Shown: positions 18,716 to 29,078 of the stretch, piece after piece | How positions within the stretch are numbered: position 1 is the first letter of the stretch | Layout: each line of letters starts with the position of its first letter | Assembly: GCA_015522195.1 (NCBI GenBank) | Contig: WAMS01000042.1 | Location: 1-46,605, forward strand | Direction: 5' to 3' | Length of the DNA: 46,605 nucleotides | Source: Geoglobus sp. | GTDB lineage: Archaea; Halobacteriota; Archaeoglobi; Archaeoglobales; Archaeoglobaceae | Notes under the pieces: generated by a model | The model's input: the letters and a program-made list of their open reading frames with translations, nothing else | The model's database searches: none | What the model was told of the DNA's origin: nothing | Program-made: the position numbers and the translations under genes

Positions 18716-19408
18716 ATGCTGAGCATAATTCTTCCAGCATACAACGAGGCAGAAACCATAGGGAATGCTGTAGAAAGAGTGATGGAGTTTACGATGTCTG
18801 AGTTCGACGACTTTGAGATAATAGTGGCCGAGGACGGTTCAACAGATGGCACAGACAGGATAGCAGAAAATCTCGCAGAAAAATATCCCTTCGTCACCCA
18901 CCTCCACAGCGATGAGAGGCTTGGAAGGGGGATGGCTTTGAACAACGCTATAAGAATGGCGAGGTACGAATTTGTCATCTACATGGACACCGACCTCTCC
19001 ACCGACCTAAGGCACATAAAAGATGTCTACGACGCTCTGAAATCAGGATATGACATTGCAGTTGGCTCGAGGCTTCTGAAGGATAGCATCACAGAAAGGC
19101 CGCTTAGCAGGGATTTGCCATCCAGGGTGTACAATTTACTTGTCAGATTGTTTCTCGGGTCAAAAATTCACGACCACCAGTGCGGATTCAAGGGGTTCAG
19201 AAAAAGCAGGGTTATGGAGATCCTGAACATGATTGAAGATAATCACTGGTTCTGGGACACCGAGCTTCTGGTTCTTGCACAGAGAAAAGGGTTCAGAGTT
19301 GTGGAGATACCTGTTAGATGGGAACATGGTGAAGGGTCGAAGGTAAGCATCATAGGTGACGGCATTTACATGTTCAGAAACATACTGAGAATGGCCGTGA
19401 AGAAATAA
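18716..19408 (+). CDS. GT2 dolichyl-phosphate hexosyltransferase (AglD/Alg5-like)
   Basis: IILPAYNE, EDGSTDGT, YMDTD, DHQCGFK, WFWDTELL. Confidence 0.92.
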   Translation: MLSIILPAYNEAETIGNAVERVMEFTMSEFDDFEIIVAEDGSTDGTDRIAENLAEKYPFVTHLHSDERLGRGMALNNAIRMARYEFVIYMDTDLSTDLRHIKDVYDALKSGYDIAVGSRLLKDSITERPLSRDLPSRVYNLLVRLFLGSKIHDHQCGFKGFRKSRVMEILNMIEDNHWFWDTELLVLAQRKGFRVVEIPVRWEHGEGSKVSIIGDGIYMFRNILRMAVKK

Positions 19409-19424
19409 TTTTGGGAAATTTAAC

Positions 19425-19793
19425 ATGAAATCTGAGAAAATTAAAGGATGTGGAAAACACATGAAAGGTACTGACGCTACAAACTACGAGATCGATCCAA
19501 AACATAAAATCAGGGGGTCCCATTCCACGATCATAGGGGGAAGAGAGGGGAAAGACCTGCTGAGCAAACTTGCCGGATCCCCGTATGTAAAGAAGATAAT
19601 TCCGGGAGTTATTGAAAACAAAGGCACATCCAAAGGCTCTGTCAGATTGAAAATTACAAGATGTGACAGAAATGGAAATGTAAGGGCTCTGCTGATTCAT
19701 GGGGGCACAGTTCAGCAGGTATACATAATAACCAATGCAAAAAACAGAGAGGAGGGCGAGATTCTGGTTGAAAAACTTAGATCACTTCTTTAG
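19425..19793 (+). CDS. DUF2103-family protein
   Basis: KIRGSHSTIIGGREG, KKIIPGVI, GNVRALL..GGTVQQV; start may be 19461. Confidence 0.75.
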   Translation: MKSEKIKGCGKHMKGTDATNYEIDPKHKIRGSHSTIIGGREGKDLLSKLAGSPYVKKIIPGVIENKGTSKGSVRLKITRCDRNGNVRALLIHGGTVQQVYIITNAKNREEGEILVEKLRSLL

Positions 19794-20486
19794 ATCCCTG
19801 TCATGTGCCCAGATTTCCCCGTCAACATATACCTCTTTCTTCCATACAGGAAGCTTTGCCTTGAACAGCTCAACGGCCTTTTTCAAAGGCTCCCAGAGAT
19901 TCTCCCTGTGTTCCGCCATCACCAGAACGTACACAATGTCCTCCTTTGGCACAACCGTGCCGACTTTGTGGTAAATTCTGACAGCCTTCACCCCTGTCAT
20001 CTGTTCAACCTCCGATTCGATCTCTCTTCTAACTCTATCGTAAATGTCCTCGAACTTCTCGTACTCCAGCCTTATAACTTCTCTACCTTCCTGCATCTTT
20101 CTCACAAAACCTATAAAAACACCTATCGCCCCACAGACCTCTGAGCCTTCCCGTTCTTTTAGCTTTCTGATAAGGCTTTTGAGGCCTTCACAGTCTTCAG
20201 CCATCTCCACCTCTTCAGCCTCTGATATTCTGGGGATTCTGATGCCCAGGTTGCTCAGTTCCCGGTCATCAAATCCCTTAAGCAGGGCATACTCATACCC
20301 GATATCTGCAAGCATCTCCAAAACCTCTCTGAGATTTCTGGGCTCCATTCCGAATCTGATGCACTCCTCTCCAAAAACAAGCTTCTCTTCGCCGTCTCCT
20401 CCCTTCTCAATCAGAATTGTGCTCCCCTTCATTTTAAGCTCATTGAGGATTCTGTCTGCATTTTCCTTAATGGCACATACCTTCAT
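19782..20486 (-). CDS. moaE: Molybdopterin synthase catalytic subunit with degenerate MobB-like N-terminus
   Basis: GAIGVFIGFVR, LEYE, HKVG, HRE, PVWKKE. Confidence 0.88.
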   Translation of the reverse strand: MKVCAIKENADRILNELKMKGSTILIEKGGDGEEKLVFGEECIRFGMEPRNLREVLEMLADIGYEYALLKGFDDRELSNLGIRIPRISEAEEVEMAEDCEGLKSLIRKLKEREGSEVCGAIGVFIGFVRKMQEGREVIRLEYEKFEDIYDRVRREIESEVEQMTGVKAVRIYHKVGTVVPKEDIVYVLVMAEHRENLWEPLKKAVELFKAKLPVWKKEVYVDGEIWAHDRDLKK

Positions 20487-21010
20487 TTCATCATCTCCTT
20501 CAGTCTAAGATCTGCACCACATGCAAACTCACCCACAAGCTCAAAGCTAACATTCATCTCACTATCCTCCACATTAACAATGGCACAGCTTGATGCAGAA
20601 AGCCTTGGGCTTGTGGGACTTCCGGGGCAGATTAAAATAACGTCACCCATTTTTTCAACAACGAATCTGTGGATATGGCCGAAAATAAGGACATCAACAC
20701 CCATCTCCTTGGCCATGTAACCAAGATCATGAAATTCGTTCAGAAAATTTCCCCTGTGTGTTATTCCAAACCTGATTCCCTCTGCTCTGAATGTTTCTGT
20801 TTCGTTTAATCTTTCCTTTACCCTGTAATCGTCAGCATTTCCAAAAACAGCTCTGAGATTATATTTTCTTTCAAATTCTTCGAGAACATCAACAGATGTG
20901 AAGTCTCCGGCATGAACAACCATGTCAGCAGATTCCATCAGCATCACAAGCTTTTTCGGAAGATCCTTAAATTTTCTCACATGAGTGTCAGATACGACCG
21001 CAATCTTCAT
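20483..21010 (-). CDS. YfcE/MJ0936-type metallophosphoesterase
   Basis: SDTH, HAGD, GNAD, GHIH, PGS motifs. Confidence 0.92.
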   Translation of the reverse strand: MKIAVVSDTHVRKFKDLPKKLVMLMESADMVVHAGDFTSVDVLEEFERKYNLRAVFGNADDYRVKERLNETETFRAEGIRFGITHRGNFLNEFHDLGYMAKEMGVDVLIFGHIHRFVVEKMGDVILICPGSPTSPRLSASSCAIVNVEDSEMNVSFELVGEFACGADLRLKEMMK

Positions 21011-21069
21011 ACAGCATACAGATCGCACCGACGGCTTTAAAACTTATTTCCTCAATCTCATCTCACGGT

Positions 21070-21900
21070 TTAGGCCTGTCTTTCAGAACCTCTGAATTCA
21101 AGTTCATTTGCAAACCATACAACTCTCTGAGGAAACGGAATTTCAATTCCATTTCTCTCAAGCTCCACCTTTATTTTTTCAAGCAATCTCATTTTCACAT
21201 CATACCATACCTGTACCGGTGACCATATTCTGACTGAAATTATTACAGCGCTGTCTCCAAACTCATCAACAAAAACGGCCGGAGCCGGATTTTTAAGAGC
21301 AAATGGCTCCTCATCAATAACCCTTTTGATTATCCTGACTGCCTCTTCCAGATCATCTGAATATCTGACCCCTATTCTGTACTCAAATCTCCTTACAACG
21401 TTTCCTGTGTAGTTTGTTATGTTTCCTGTGAAGAGCGTCTGATTCGGGATTCTAACAAAAAGACCATCATACGTTCTGATTATGGTGGACATTACATTTA
21501 TGTCCTCAACAAAGCCCGATATGCCTCCAATCTGAACCTGATCCCCGATCCTTATTGGCTTTTCCCAGAGAATGAATATGCCAGAAATCAGATTTGAAAT
21601 AACACTCTGGCTTGCAAATCCTATCACAATGCCCGTAATACCTCCTGCAACCAGCAATCCAGAAGGGCTGAGTCCAAGAATGGGAAGAATTGTAAGGAAA
21701 CCGATGAAGACCACCAGGTAATAGATCAGTTTCAGGATAAGTTCTCTGTAGTTCTTTTCAATTCTATCTCCGATTGCCCTTCTGAGATATACAGTTATGC
21801 TTTTTGCAAGTCCAACGGCAAGCATCATTATGACTGCCGAAAGAATGATTTCTCCAGCTGTGGTCTCTCCGTAAATCACCGTATTCAGAAAATCAATCAT
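21070..21900 (-). CDS. mscS: Small-conductance mechanosensitive channel
   Basis: IGFASQSVISNLISG, PIRIGD, IPN, GIEIPFPQR; ATGA-coupled to DUF432. Confidence 0.93.
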   Translation of the reverse strand: MIDFLNTVIYGETTAGEIILSAVIMMLAVGLAKSITVYLRRAIGDRIEKNYRELILKLIYYLVVFIGFLTILPILGLSPSGLLVAGGITGIVIGFASQSVISNLISGIFILWEKPIRIGDQVQIGGISGFVEDINVMSTIIRTYDGLFVRIPNQTLFTGNITNYTGNVVRRFEYRIGVRYSDDLEEAVRIIKRVIDEEPFALKNPAPAVFVDEFGDSAVIISVRIWSPVQVWYDVKMRLLEKIKVELERNGIEIPFPQRVVWFANELEFRGSERQA

Positions 21901-22580
21901 AGCCCCCACTCCATGAAAAATTTCTTTGCCGCTATCTGCACCTTTCTCGGGGTGAAAATTTCAACCGCCTTTTTCATGTCCCTGTGTGCGGGTTCCATTA
22001 GAAATCTTGTTTCTGCCGTCTTTCTGGAATTTATTTCCATTTTCACTTTGGAATACACCATGCTGTCACTGTAGAATATTTTCATGAGATAAACGTTCAG
22101 AACGCATTTCGATAACTCAACCCATTCATCAAATCTGTTGATTAAAAAAAGCTCCATTACTCCTTCTTTCAGAATGTCTGTTTCTGGAATTGAATTATGG
22201 ACATCGCTTTCCCACAGCCTGCAAACAACCCCATATCTCGGGTCTCCGTAAAGTGTGTACTTCTGCCCTGCGAGAGAGAAAACATCAATCAATCCTATAT
22301 CGCCCTTTCCTGAGACAAATACACCGATTTCCACAGGAAATTTAACATATACTGTCCTTTCAGTCTCAGGTGCAATTACAACATTTTTTTTGAAACTGAT
22401 GAGAAGAGAATTGGTCACATGTGACGGAAGATTAACCGGTTCAATTGGATTAACCACAAGATTGCCTTCACTGGATGAAATTATTTTCTCAACTCTCTCA
22501 TCTTTTAATTTACGGATGTAGGAAAAACCAGATTCGTGCTTCCTGAGTTCAATGCTTATCTCATCTGCGGTTATCTTCAT
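21897..22580 (-). CDS. DUF432-family protein
   Basis: PIEPVNLP, KFPVEIGV, KYTLYG.P..G.VCR, MEWGL; typical upstream partner of archaeal mscS. Confidence 0.8.
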   Translation of the reverse strand: MKITADEISIELRKHESGFSYIRKLKDERVEKIISSSEGNLVVNPIEPVNLPSHVTNSLLISFKKNVVIAPETERTVYVKFPVEIGVFVSGKGDIGLIDVFSLAGQKYTLYGDPRYGVVCRLWESDVHNSIPETDILKEGVMELFLINRFDEWVELSKCVLNVYLMKIFYSDSMVYSKVKMEINSRKTAETRFLMEPAHRDMKKAVEIFTPRKVQIAAKKFFMEWGL

Positions 22581-22609
22581 GTCATTGAGGGGAGAGATTC
22601 CAAAAATAC

Positions 22610-24607
22610 TCAGAACCCCACCCCCAGGAAAAGCCTGAATACAAAAATCGTGACAACAACCATGATGAGTGAATGCTTTAAGCCCGCTTTCACACTGCCT
22701 GAGCCCATAACACCTGCAACAATGCCGCTAAACAAGCCATTGAGAAGTGTAGCATGGTAAAACAGATTTGTCAGCATGTTTGGATCAGGGAAAGAAAAAT
22801 AAATTCCTGCCAGCCCACCAGGGGTTGTTACATTGCCAAAAACCGAAATGAAGTTCTGATTGAGAACAACAATTGTAAACAGAAAAACGCTGAAAGTTAT
22901 GTACACAATAACCGTGTAAACAAACATCTCATTTGCAACTCTCTTTCTGAAATCGAGATATATCTCCGCATCACTTGCTGCGGTGAATATTGCAGCCTTG
23001 ACGTTATCCGTTGCCTCAAGTGCCTTCACAAGAATTGAAACAACTTTTGATACCACAGGGCTGCCAATTCTCTCATCAAACCTTTCAAAAGCCTCGGTTA
23101 TAAGTTTTCCCCACTCAATGTCCTTGCGTATATTTCTTACCTCCTTTGTCAGAGATCCCAGGTCGGATGTTGAGAGGACCTTGAGTGCATTGACAAGAGT
23201 CAGTCCGCTCTCGTTAAGACTCCCAAGCTGCTTGAGAAATTCAGGAAGATCATTTTCAAACTTTCTCAGTCTGTAAGATCTGTATTCAAAAAGAATCACG
23301 TAGGGAAAAGACAGTATGAAAAAAACAGATCCCAGTATGGTTTCAATTCTGAAATCAAATACGTAAAAGAGGTACATGCCCATACCAATTGAAAGAGGGG
23401 CGGTGAGGATTAGAATGTATTCAGGATGCCTTATGACGAATCTGAGGCTGAGCACTCGCTTGAGATGTCTGGCACCTCTGATTATCACTGCCAAAATTCC
23501 TTTTCTCTGTTTAAACTGGGGATTTCTTCCATTGTCAATTACCCTTGCCTTGAAAAACATCGGTATTGTTTTTCTTGTGAGCCATCCTGCTTTCTCCTCT
23601 TCAAGCATGGATTTTATCAACCAGATGAACATCAGGCCTCCCAGGGGTATGTAAATATAGACTATCATGTTGGACAGTGCTTCCACGTCTTCACCGAGCA
23701 TCCCCATTACCACAAAAACGATCAGCGTGAAAAGGGGTGCAACGACAAATATGGCAACGTAAACCTCGGCCATTATTTCAAGTGAGTTTATGAATATTTC
23801 ATGGAACCTTTCTCTCTCTTCCAGATAGTGAGTGGATTTGAATTCAAGAAATTCGCTGAGCTTTCCACCTCCTTCAACAACGCTTATAAGATCCTCCAGA
23901 AACTCTGAAAGCTTTGAGGAGGGTGTTGTATTGGCAACATATCTCATTGCTGAGATCAGATCCTTGTGAAACACCTCGACTTCCCTGAATATTATTCCAA
24001 ATTCCTTTCCAACCTCCCCTGTTATTGTTCTTTCTTCTGCAATTGTTTTTATGATGTCAAGGAGAGGCGTACCCCCTTTGGACATGCCCAGCATTATGTT
24101 GACAACATGTGGCAGTGCAGAATCGATTTTAGACTTCCTCTGGGATTTAACGAGAACAGGATAGATCAAGATGGCCTTTCTTGCGAGATAGAAAAACAGC
24201 ACTGTCAGAATCGAAAGTGAGGCAATTTCAACCACAAAAACATCAGGTCTCTGGAAAAAAATTCCGGCTGGGGTGTCCATGTAAACGTACACATCAATTG
24301 GAAGCCATGTGAAAAATGGTCCGGTTTTGCTTGCGTACCACACAGCAATTATCCTTGAAATTCCAAAGGCCACAACAAAAAAGACAGGGAAAAGAAGGAT
24401 TGGATAAAAAAGTGAAACTGCAAGATATCTGGGAACAGAGGCCGGAATTCTTGCTGATATCAGATTTCTCTCAAGTTCACCGTATTTTTCCATGCTTTTC
24501 TGATACCTTTTTCTGTAAAATTTTACAAGAAATTCAGGCACAGGTACTGAAAATTTCTCTCTCAAAAACCCGATATCGTCCCGATCATCATTCAAGAGAG
24601 ATCTCAT
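22610..24607 (-). CDS. Type II secretion F-family (TadC/ArlJ/PilC-like) membrane platform protein
   Basis: Two T2SSF-like repeats (IDSALP...TPSSKLSEFL; FENDLPEFL...ESGLTL); many TMs. Confidence 0.9.
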   Translation of the reverse strand: MRSLLNDDRDDIGFLREKFSVPVPEFLVKFYRKRYQKSMEKYGELERNLISARIPASVPRYLAVSLFYPILLFPVFFVVAFGISRIIAVWYASKTGPFFTWLPIDVYVYMDTPAGIFFQRPDVFVVEIASLSILTVLFFYLARKAILIYPVLVKSQRKSKIDSALPHVVNIMLGMSKGGTPLLDIIKTIAEERTITGEVGKEFGIIFREVEVFHKDLISAMRYVANTTPSSKLSEFLEDLISVVEGGGKLSEFLEFKSTHYLEERERFHEIFINSLEIMAEVYVAIFVVAPLFTLIVFVVMGMLGEDVEALSNMIVYIYIPLGGLMFIWLIKSMLEEEKAGWLTRKTIPMFFKARVIDNGRNPQFKQRKGILAVIIRGARHLKRVLSLRFVIRHPEYILILTAPLSIGMGMYLFYVFDFRIETILGSVFFILSFPYVILFEYRSYRLRKFENDLPEFLKQLGSLNESGLTLVNALKVLSTSDLGSLTKEVRNIRKDIEWGKLITEAFERFDERIGSPVVSKVVSILVKALEATDNVKAAIFTAASDAEIYLDFRKRVANEMFVYTVIVYITFSVFLFTIVVLNQNFISVFGNVTTPGGLAGIYFSFPDPNMLTNLFYHATLLNGLFSGIVAGVMGSGSVKAGLKHSLIMVVVTIFVFRLFLGVGF

Positions 24608-26174
24608 ACTTCATTCCCTCTTTCATTATGTCCTCAAATGTTTCCTGAGGATTTCTGTAGTAGGAATGAATTATGTGTGTCAGGTGCACGTAGTCTCTTA
24701 TGTCCTGTCTGTCAAGAAATCTGAGAAAATCTGCCCTTCTTCTCAGCTCATCAAGGGTTTCCTCGTAGGTTTCTCCCCTTATCACGGCAATTTTTTCCAG
24801 TTTTTTGGGCTGATTGATCAGATAATACGAGTCTTCATAGGATTCCCATCTGTACACCTCATTTATCAGAAGGTTCTTGTCGTTTGGATCAACCCCGAGA
24901 AATTCGTAAACACCTGTCACCCTTCTCTTCCTCACCCCGGCCTTGGTCCACTGAGTCTGGATTGGAACAATGTCTAAGAACTGTATCAGACTTCTTGGAA
25001 CATTTAGCGGATCGCTTTCAAGCCTGTAAATGGTCTGATGTATGTCCCCAGCATGAAGCGTTGAGTATGCTGCATGTCCCGTGCTCATAGCCTGAAACAG
25101 AGTTTGGGCCTCAATCCCCCTCACTTCCCCGACAACAATGTATTCGGGCCTCTGTCTCAGAGCTGCTTTGAGCAAATCATACATCGAGATTGATTTCTCA
25201 TCTCCCGTTGTGACCTCTCTTGTAACACCGGCAATCCAGTTTTCATGCCTGAGCGAAATTTCCCTTGTGTCTTCAATCGAGACAACCTTTGCATCAGGGG
25301 GTAGGAACATCAAAACTGCATTCAGTGTTGTAGTTTTTCCGGCAGCTGTCTCACCTACAACCATGAGGTTCAGCTTGTTTTCCACTGCAAGCCAGAAATA
25401 TGCCATCTGTTCCGCTGTATACGTTCCGAGCCTCATGAGGTCAATCGGTGTCAGCGGCTCTTCCGTGAATTTTCGTATAGTGAAGGAGGACCCTCGCGGA
25501 GTTATTTCGGTTCCGTATGTTGCCTGAAGTCTGCTGCCATCTGGGAGGGAAGCATCGATGATTGGATTTCCAAAACTTATATGCTTTCCTGACTGCTGAA
25601 CAAGTGCCTGGACGTATCTGTCAAGTTCCAGATCTGAAAACGAAACAGTTGTCGGTATATTTCCATATTTCTTGTGATAGACAAAAACGGGAATATTGTA
25701 TCCATCGCAGCTTATGTCCTCAACATATGGATCGTTAAGCATGGGATCAATCGGTCCCAGGCCGATATAATCTCTGTAAAGATAGTAAAGCAGCTTCAGC
25801 TTCAAAATCGGGTCCAGTTCTATCAGAAATTCCTTCACTATTTCGTTGAAAGCATCAACAAGGATTCTTTCTTTCTGGAATACATCAACAGTAATGTCCT
25901 TCAGTATGAGCGTGTTTCCCAGTTCCACATAAATCTTTTCCATAAGCTGGAACTCATCTATGGTCAGGGTTGGTTCCATGGCTATGTACTTGATTCCCTT
26001 TGTTTCAAAATCCTTTATTATTTTCACAGCAACCATCGGTCTGAAAATCCAGTATGAATCCAGAATCTCGCCTCTCTCCACCTCTTCCAGATCTTCGATT
26101 ATCATTTCTTCAGAAATGTTCTCATCGAGATATTTCTGGAAGAGCTGGTAATATCTTGTTGTGGTCAGCACCAT
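24588..26174 (-). CDS. Type II/IV secretion ATPase (VirB11/ArlI/PilB-like)
   Basis: EDISCDG, GETAAGKTT, SIEDTRE, LRQRPEYIVVGEVRG, TGH..STLHA. Confidence 0.95.
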   Translation of the reverse strand: MVLTTTRYYQLFQKYLDENISEEMIIEDLEEVERGEILDSYWIFRPMVAVKIIKDFETKGIKYIAMEPTLTIDEFQLMEKIYVELGNTLILKDITVDVFQKERILVDAFNEIVKEFLIELDPILKLKLLYYLYRDYIGLGPIDPMLNDPYVEDISCDGYNIPVFVYHKKYGNIPTTVSFSDLELDRYVQALVQQSGKHISFGNPIIDASLPDGSRLQATYGTEITPRGSSFTIRKFTEEPLTPIDLMRLGTYTAEQMAYFWLAVENKLNLMVVGETAAGKTTTLNAVLMFLPPDAKVVSIEDTREISLRHENWIAGVTREVTTGDEKSISMYDLLKAALRQRPEYIVVGEVRGIEAQTLFQAMSTGHAAYSTLHAGDIHQTIYRLESDPLNVPRSLIQFLDIVPIQTQWTKAGVRKRRVTGVYEFLGVDPNDKNLLINEVYRWESYEDSYYLINQPKKLEKIAVIRGETYEETLDELRRRADFLRFLDRQDIRDYVHLTHIIHSYYRNPQETFEDIMKEGMKYEISLE

Positions 26175-26470
26175 ATCAAATCCTAATAAAATACCAAAAT
26201 ATATAAAATTTAGGGCTCTTCCAAGTCAATAACCCAGTTTTTTTACACCTCCATAGAATAATCCAACATTCCCGTGTAGAGAGACACTGTATAATTTTCT
26301 TTTAAGGAGGAATAAATCCTTCAAGGTGAAAAAATTCATAAGCTGTAGTCACTTCAATGTTTTTCTCACCATAATATGCCACGTTATCAGCGAACTAACC
26401 TGAGTTACTTGATCTGGATTGAATGCAGAGAAGAAAAAACTAAATTAACCCCATCGCATTTTCCACCACC

Positions 26471-28450
26471 ATGAAGCTTGTTACATGTGGATTGCCTTAT
26501 GCTAACGGTAAAGCCCACATCGGGCATCTCAGGACGTACATACCTGCTGATGTCTACGTCAGATACCTCAGGCTCAAAGGGGAGGATGTGATATTTGTAT
26601 GTGGAAGCGATAGCCATGGCACACCGATTGTTGTGAATGCAGAGCAGCAGGGATTGGAGCCAAAGGACCTTGTTGACATTTATCACGAGCATTTTCAAAA
26701 GATCTTTAAGGAGCTTGACATTGAATTTGACTACTATGGCAGAACTGACAGCGAATATCATCATGAAAGAACAAGAGAAATAGTTCAAAGGCTTCTTGAC
26801 AGCGGATACATCTATCCGAAAGAGATAGAACTTGCCTACTGTCCGAAATGTGAGAGGTTTCTGCCTGACAGATATGTTGAGGGTACATGTCCATACTGTG
26901 GAGCTATCGCAAGGGGGGATGAGTGCGATCAGGGGTGCGGAAAGCATCTGGAACCTGGTGAAATTCTTGAACCGAGATGCAAGATATGTGGAACTCCTGC
27001 TGAATTCAGAAAGCAGAAACACTATTATTTCAGACTCTCATCCTTCAAAAACTTTCTTGATGGTTACATCTCACGCCTTAAAGGAACTGAAAATGCACTC
27101 AACTATGCCAGAGAGTGGGTTAGAGGAGAGCTCAGGGACTGGTGCATAACAAGAAATCTTGAGTGGGGTGTTAAATTCCCCGGAGATGAAGAGCTTGTTG
27201 TTTATGTCTGGGTTGATGCACCCATAGGCTACATAAGCTTCACCGAAAAAGCATGTGAAAGGCTGGGCAGAAACTGGGAGGATATATGGATTGAAGGAAG
27301 GGCAGAGATAGTTCACTTTATTGGCCTGGACATTGTTTACCATCACTGCATTTTCTGGCCTGCAATGCTTAAAGGAGCTGACTACGCTTTGCCTGACGCT
27401 GTTGTTGCAAGCGGTATGGTGAAGGTTGAGGGCAGGAAATTTTCAAAGAGCAGGGGATATGTTGTGTGGGTTGAGGAGGATTATCTAAGATCCGGATTGA
27501 ATCCTGACTATCTGAGGTATTATCTGGTCAATTACACATCACATCAAAGGGATCTAAACTTCTCCTGGCATGTTTTCAGGGATAAGGTGAACAATGAGCT
27601 AATCGCAACCCTTGGAAACTTCATCTACAGAGTCATGCACTTTGCCTGGAAGAACTTTGGAAGAGTGAGGATGGATGTTGATGAGGATGTTCTTGAAAGA
27701 ATCAGGAAAGCGAAGGAGACGATAGAGGATGCCATTGCGAGATGGGAATTTAAAGAAGCAAGTGATGCATTTATGGAGCTTGCTGGATTTGGAAATACTT
27801 TTTTCCAGTCCTTAAAGCCATGGGAGGTGATAAAGAGTAACAGAGATGAGGCTGAAAGAATAATTGCCTCGGCCCTCGCTGTGGTGAGAGCTTTATCCGT
27901 TCTCGCCTATCCGGTACTTCCGAGATCAATGAGGGCCGTTGCTGATACCGTAGGGATTGATCTGGAAAATGCAACTCTGGAAGCAGTTCTTCAGATTCCT
28001 GATTATGTTGAGGTTGGGAAGCCTGATGTTCCTTTTGAAAGAATAGATGATGAGAAAATGGAGGAGCTTGAAGGCATCATGATGGAAAGAATAAAGGATG
28101 GTGCAGGGGAGGGGATAAAAATGAGCGAAAGAATTGGGATTGAGGATTTCCAGAAGCTTGACATCAGAATAGGGAAGGTTCTGAAAGCTGAGAAGGTCAA
28201 GGGAAGCAAAAAGCTGATGAAACTTGAAATTGATATTGGTAATGAGATCAGACAGGTTGTTGCTGGAATTGCTGAGGAATATGAGGCCGAGCACCTTGTG
28301 GGACAGCATGTTGTTGTTCTTGCCAACATCAGGCCAGCTAAGCTGATGGGAATAGAGAGTGATGGGATGATACTTGCCGCCGATGTTGGTGGAAAACCGG
28401 TTCTTCTTAAACCTGAAAGAGATGTTGAACCCGGAGTACGGGTAAGATGA
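26471..28450 (+). CDS. metG: Methionyl-tRNA synthetase with C-terminal tRNA-binding domain
   Basis: LPYANG..HIGH, Zn knuckles, YVWVDA, KFSKS; Trbp111-like C-domain. Confidence 0.98.
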   Translation: MKLVTCGLPYANGKAHIGHLRTYIPADVYVRYLRLKGEDVIFVCGSDSHGTPIVVNAEQQGLEPKDLVDIYHEHFQKIFKELDIEFDYYGRTDSEYHHERTREIVQRLLDSGYIYPKEIELAYCPKCERFLPDRYVEGTCPYCGAIARGDECDQGCGKHLEPGEILEPRCKICGTPAEFRKQKHYYFRLSSFKNFLDGYISRLKGTENALNYAREWVRGELRDWCITRNLEWGVKFPGDEELVVYVWVDAPIGYISFTEKACERLGRNWEDIWIEGRAEIVHFIGLDIVYHHCIFWPAMLKGADYALPDAVVASGMVKVEGRKFSKSRGYVVWVEEDYLRSGLNPDYLRYYLVNYTSHQRDLNFSWHVFRDKVNNELIATLGNFIYRVMHFAWKNFGRVRMDVDEDVLERIRKAKETIEDAIARWEFKEASDAFMELAGFGNTFFQSLKPWEVIKSNRDEAERIIASALAVVRALSVLAYPVLPRSMRAVADTVGIDLENATLEAVLQIPDYVEVGKPDVPFERIDDEKMEELEGIMMERIKDGAGEGIKMSERIGIEDFQKLDIRIGKVLKAEKVKGSKKLMKLEIDIGNEIRQVVAGIAEEYEAEHLVGQHVVVLANIRPAKLMGIESDGMILAADVGGKPVLLKPERDVEPGVRVR

Positions 28451-28719
28451 GGATCAGGGCAGAGATTCAGGAATTCAGAGAGTGGCTTGAGGAGAGAGGA
28501 TACAGGGAGAGAATGGGAAAGGAGGGGATTGATGCATTTCTGAGATCGGGCTTTCCCTCTCTTTTTTTCAGCAACAGTAATTTACTCTATGCTTTCATCT
28601 ACTCAAAAGTGGGCCTCAGTTCTGAAAGGGTGAATGAAAGAATAAGGTTCGAGCTCGCAAAAAGGATAAATGCCATATTCGTTGAAAGGGATTATTTTGA
28701 AATAGAATTCATTCAGTGA
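28447..28719 (+). CDS. Hypothetical protein
   Basis: 90-aa ORF, ATGA-coupled to metG, fills the gap to the convergent mptD. Confidence 0.65.
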   Translation: MRIRAEIQEFREWLEERGYRERMGKEGIDAFLRSGFPSLFFSNSNLLYAFIYSKVGLSSERVNERIRFELAKRINAIFVERDYFEIEFIQ

Positions 28720-29038
28720 CAAGCTTCATCAGAGGGTATTTTTTCTCACTGTCCCACTCGAGAACTCCCACAGCCCTTGAACCTTCAATCTCTACCTCCA
28801 CCCTTGCGTAAATCATATCGCCTTCTAAGGAACAGTAGTTGAATTTTGAAAGCTTTTCCAGTAGCTTTGTCCTGTCAATCCTCACCTCAGCATCGATAAC
28901 ATGAGGCTGCAGCAGGATGCAGCTTTTCATGGCTTTCTCAACAATATCTGCATTTTCCAGGTTTACAGGCATGCCTGTAAACTGGTGAAACAGCGCACCA
29001 AGCTTGATTCCGACCTCAAATGCTGCGATTTCCTTCAT
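28709..29038 (-). CDS. mptD: Archaeal dihydroneopterin aldolase (DUF381)
   Basis: AAFEVGIKLGALFHQFTG.PV, LQPHV, YPLMKL; start at ATG 29038. Confidence 0.88.
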   Translation of the reverse strand: MKEIAAFEVGIKLGALFHQFTGMPVNLENADIVEKAMKSCILLQPHVIDAEVRIDRTKLLEKLSKFNYCSLEGDMIYARVEVEIEGSRAVGVLEWDSEKKYPLMKLVTE

Positions 29039-29078
29039 GAACAAAAAGGTTATCTTCTCCTTTTCTCTCTTTCGGTTC

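Noticed and set aside
22610-26174. Archaellum operon or conjugation system
   Set aside because: No archaellins, arlH/F/G, VirB4 or relaxase nearby
26175-26470. ~300-bp gap between the ATPase and metG as a hidden gene or RNA
   Set aside because: Only a 37-codon minus-strand ORF with no features; AT-rich and without stable structure; consistent with divergent promoters
26405-27022. 205-aa antisense ORF, and similar shadow ORFs such as 35261-35983 and 12443-12997
   Set aside because: Antisense to well-supported conserved genes with no motifs of their own
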